NCBI GenBank assembly: GCA_903875445.1
Contig: CAIQWD010000027.1
Span: forward strand, 43,223 to 107,222
DNA: 64,000 nt
Direction of reading: 5' to 3'
Source of the DNA: an uncultured delta proteobacterium
Lineage (GTDB): Bacteria; Desulfobacterota; Desulfobulbia; Desulfobulbales; Desulfocapsaceae
Shown here: positions 62,001-64,000 of the stretch, piece after piece
How positions within the stretch are numbered: the stretch's first letter is position 1
Layout: every line of letters starts with the position of its first letter
Position numbers and translations under genes: made by a program
Notes under the pieces: model-generated
Seen by the model: the letters and a program-made list of their open reading frames with translations, nothing else
Told to the model about the DNA's origin: nothing
Database searches by the model: none

Positions 62001-62057
62001 CAAAGTGCTTTTTCCTTTAGCCAAAATAAAAGAATTGCCATTCGAAGGCGCAAGTGA
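59016..62057 (+). CDS. dnaE2: Error-prone DNA polymerase III alpha (DnaE2/ImuC)
   Basis: PHP LHSHFSL / LTDINNLYG, GRGSGAASLV, FERFL, catalytic PDIDIDF, KIDLLG, YSFCKPHSASY and OB fold FLTFEDETG. ATGA-coupled to imuB. Confidence 0.92.
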   Translation: MICFGLHSHFSLMQGTASPRSLCRQAGKMGYRTLALTDINNLYGLWPFLAACAEENLTPIIGAEIRTDRFRLFCLVKDRNGYRNLCRLLTERHCKPTFDLQTAVTAHHDGLVLLASDETLLSHCRDIGADTAAALIGHPDQHNSRLRQSALRQRIPVLAMGDTFFLDRTEYSSYRLLRAIDSNSSLCRLPQSETVTDGAHLIPPTELARRFQVWPESLSQATLIAEKCSFRSPRAGLIMPPWEHEDPDEQLHQAAYEGAGQRYGTPLPTEVITRLEYELGVIAAMRFSSYFLVVRDIVGPVARTCGRGSGAASLVAYCLGITNVCPIRHNLYFERFLNPGRTDPPDIDIDFAWDERDRILSSVLQRFGAHAAMVANHVALQPRMAIRETAKVFGIPGGEISRVTKKLPWIWRADTEDDGYLAVLQDLPQMRDVDLSGPWPEILRLASRISGIPRYLSVHPGGVIITPDPITDYVPVQMAPKGVPIIQWEKDGTEEAGLVKIDLLGNRSLGVIRDAVRQVRANGHCLCERSWLPEDDPATQRTVAQGLTMGCFYIESPAMRLLQQRSDCGDFEHLVIHSSIIRPAANEFIREYLRRLHGASWQPLHPLLAGVLDETYGIMVYQEDVSRVAVQFGFSHADADRLRKIMSKKDKEKQLKDYRHQFFASATERGLPEADTIRIWDMMMSFDGYSFCKPHSASYARVSFQAAYLKTHFPAEFMAAVISNQGGFYSTFAYVSEARRLGLAILPPDVNRSEIYWQGGQCRIRVGLMAIARLCGETAARIIALRKEKPFVSMFDFLRRVQPKEDECMALIQAGALDTLQADGWQVASNRSSLFWLLASWRKTQTFAQASLFSFEPTPPSLPPDDPLERLRNEYKALGFLCTVHPITLFAEQRRRAGAATAKELLCVPLDTAARNRHRFLGWLITGKIVGTKSGEPMEFLTFEDETGLVECTFFPKVYERSCHLLYRKGPLLLEGYLEEEFGARTLTVERAAGAQSAFSFSQNKRIAIRRRK

Positions 62058-62229
62058 AATTCTAGGAGTCGTTTCGGCAAATTCACCCATATCACCAGCA
62101 AGTTTTATTGCCTCAGGCGAGAAAACAGCATAAAGTATGAAAAACCATTTCCCACAAAAGGAGAATCGACGTGGAGCGTCGATTCTCCTGGTTGGGATTC
62201 ATTTTCGAAATTAAACAAGGAGGTTGCAA

Positions 62230-62874
62230 GTGAAGAAAGTGGTCTTCGCGATATTTTTTGCGACAATGTTTATTGCTGCAATGGAACCAAGTTATGCAGA
62301 AACCTTGGAGTTGCCCGGCGGAATACGGTTGAGGCTTGAAACAGGGGATTGGCATGGTGGGATACGGTCGAGGATAGAAGCGGCTCAACAAAGGATAGAA
62401 CAGGGAGTCGAGCAAGGATCCCTGACAAGACATGAGGCAGGGAGGCTGCAGGGGGAATTGAGCAGCATTCTCGAAAAAATCGACTACATGAAACAAGATG
62501 GCCGTCTCGACGAACGGGAAAGGGAGATAGTCAATCGTAACCTTGATAGATTGGAGATGGATATTTCGAGGGAAAAGCACGATGATGAAATGGCGCCAAG
62601 ATATGGAGAAAGTCGGGATTGGCATGGTGCAATTCGGTCGAGGATTGAAGAGGCTCAACAAAGGATAGAGCAGGGGGTCGAGCGAGGATCCCTGACAGGG
62701 CATGAAGCAAGGAGGCTGCAGGAGGAATTGGGTGGCATTCTCGAAAAAATCGACTACATGAAACAAGATGGTCGTCTCGACGAACGGGAACGGGAGACGG
62801 TCAATCGCGACCTTAATAGATTGGATATGGATATTGCGAGAGAAAAGCACGATGATGAACGAAGACGTTACTAA
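62230..62874 (+). CDS. Secreted protein with two tandem 81-aa helical repeats (GTG start, SD AAGGAGG)
   Basis: Signal peptide. Repeats at 62347-62589 and 62617-62859, period 270 nt. Confidence 0.8.
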   Translation: MKKVVFAIFFATMFIAAMEPSYAETLELPGGIRLRLETGDWHGGIRSRIEAAQQRIEQGVEQGSLTRHEAGRLQGELSSILEKIDYMKQDGRLDEREREIVNRNLDRLEMDISREKHDDEMAPRYGESRDWHGAIRSRIEEAQQRIEQGVERGSLTGHEARRLQEELGGILEKIDYMKQDGRLDERERETVNRDLNRLDMDIAREKHDDERRRY

Positions 62875-62978
62875 AGCGTCCGTCTGATTGGCAACGGGAT
62901 CTGTATTTATTTTTTAATATGGGTTCCGTTTTCGGCTGCATGAAAGCATTGAACGTATCGCAGTTATTGAGGTGAAAT

Positions 62979-63380
62979 ATGAGGTTTTCACTGGTGATCG
63001 TTGTTACCATTTTCTTCCTGCTGTCCGGGTGCGCGGACAACCGAGAATTTATTCAAGAGAGGGCACTGAAACTGGCTCAAACCACCCCGCATTGCTATAC
63101 CGATCAGGAATGCAAAGACAAATGGAATGCAGCTAAGGCATGGGTAGAAAAAAATTGCCCAATGGAAATAATAATTGCCACCGATTCAACCATCGAAACC
63201 GCTAAATCTCCTCCCAAGTCTTCAAGCCTTTCCGCGGTAGTAAGTAAAGAAACCTTTGGCGGCGGCAAATATAAATTCATCATCAAAACATGGTGCGATA
63301 ATGCTGTCGGTTGCACCCCTGATGCCTACAATTCAACTCTGAACTTTAACGATTACTTGAATGCTGTCGTGGCAAAATGA
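62979..63380 (+). CDS. Hypothetical lipoprotein
   Basis: Lipobox LLSGC, SD GAGG, four further Cys (C..QEC..KW...WCDN..GC). Confidence 0.75.
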   Translation: MRFSLVIVVTIFFLLSGCADNREFIQERALKLAQTTPHCYTDQECKDKWNAAKAWVEKNCPMEIIIATDSTIETAKSPPKSSSLSAVVSKETFGGGKYKFIIKTWCDNAVGCTPDAYNSTLNFNDYLNAVVAK

Positions 63381-63463
63381 GCATAGTAGTGACATTTTTG
63401 ATAGCCTGATTGACAAATGCAACCCTGGGTCAAATTACAGCTTTGATTTAAGAGGATAATGAA

Positions 63464-63739
63464 ATGAAGAAAAGCATAATGTTGTTTATTGTTTTATCGA
63501 CCCTTCTTATATCGATTGGCGGATGTGTACTCCCGCCACCCTGGCCAGATAGTGACGAGAGATATGATCACGACAGGGACCGAGAAGGCCGTGATCACGA
63601 AAGAGGCCGAAGAGACCATGATCGTGACAGAGATCATGAGCACGATAGAGACCATGATCGTGACAAAGACCATGATCGCGACAGAGACCGTGATCGCGAT
63701 AGAGACCGTGATCACGATAGAGGTCGTGATAGCTACTGA
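63464..63739 (+). CDS. Small lipoprotein with a D/R/H low-complexity tail
   Basis: SD AGAGGA, lipobox-like ISIGGC, then (DHDR/DRDR)n. Confidence 0.7.
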   Translation: MKKSIMLFIVLSTLLISIGGCVLPPPWPDSDERYDHDRDREGRDHERGRRDHDRDRDHEHDRDHDRDKDHDRDRDRDRDRDRDHDRGRDSY

Positions 63740-63835
63740 GGCCATTACGGATAGAAAAAGCTTGTTGAGCGGTTCAGTTTTCGGCTATTCGATGTAAAGG
63801 TTGTATAGGGGAGTTGGACAAATCGTCAAAAACGC

Positions 63836-63870
63836 AAAAAGCACTTAAAGCGGTAACGCTTTAAGTGCTT
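63836..63870 (-). terminator. Rho-independent terminator, possibly bidirectional
   Basis: AAGCACTTAAAGCG-GTAA-CGCTTTAAGTGCTT is a perfect 14-bp stem. The A-run at 63836-63840 gives a U-tract on the minus strand. Confidence 0.75.
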
Positions 63871-63888
63871 GATTTCATGTCACTCATC

Positions 63889-63999
63889 CTACAGCTGTTT
63901 TTTGGGAGGCGGTGCCGGCTTACTGTCATCAGCTGAGACCTGTTTATGGGCAGCCGAGAAATCATCAACGGAAGCACCATGGCCTTCAACCTCGACAAT
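63889..63999 (-). CDS. C-terminal end of a gene entering from the right edge
   Basis: Open minus frame IVEVEGHGASVDDFSAAHKQVSADDSKPAPPPKKQL* ends 18 nt before the terminator. Confidence 0.45.
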   Translation of the reverse strand: MVEVEGHGASVDDFSAAHKQVSADDSKPAPPPKKQL

Positions 64000-64000
64000 G

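Noticed and set aside
63560-63735. Short tandem DNA repeats as a possible CRISPR or VNTR
   Set aside because: These are degenerate 6- and 12-nt coding repeats with no repeat-spacer structure, and no cas genes are present.

Overview
Bacterial chromosomal window. Gene content suggests a Desulfobacterota / Desulfobulbaceae-like anaerobe, but that is inference only. (1) Positions 1-13.1 kb are a type I restriction-modification locus (hsdM, DUF1016/YhcG, hsdS, hsdR). The hsdS-hsdR gap holds an intact Hachiman-like pair (PD-(D/E)xK nuclease plus Ski2-like helicase), a Fic tail, an intact AbiEi antitoxin whose AbiEii toxin appears collapsed to 28 aa, and a ghost copy of the hsdR 5' end. A broken rhuM follows hsdR. 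(2) Positions 13.3-28.8 kb are housekeeping, transport and signalling genes: hybrid kinase, hisJ-like, nikR, MFS, SemiSWEET, ugpBAEC, an amino-acid ABC cluster, Aas-like ligase, rmuC and HIT. (3) Positions 28.9-35 kb are a small accessory islet: vapBC, an RTX tail fragment, a collapsed DUF4143 ATPase, MFS, mipA, C_GCAxxG and LysR. (4) Positions 35-57.6 kb hold a lipoprotein/Cache kinase/NtrC module, aapJQMP, ahbD-like/hemE/HD, hisD-rsmG-leuB-prs, a cNMP/degenerate-AAA/Fe-S membrane fusion, mlaA and asmA. (5) Positions 57.8-64 kb hold an imuB-dnaE2 cassette behind a CTGT-N8-ACAG box, then small secreted repeat proteins. A ~51-bp MITE-like element with TAA flanks and two degenerate relatives was also seen. 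No tRNA, rRNA, CRISPR array, integrase or transposase was recognised. All protein family calls come from motif recognition by eye; no searches were run.
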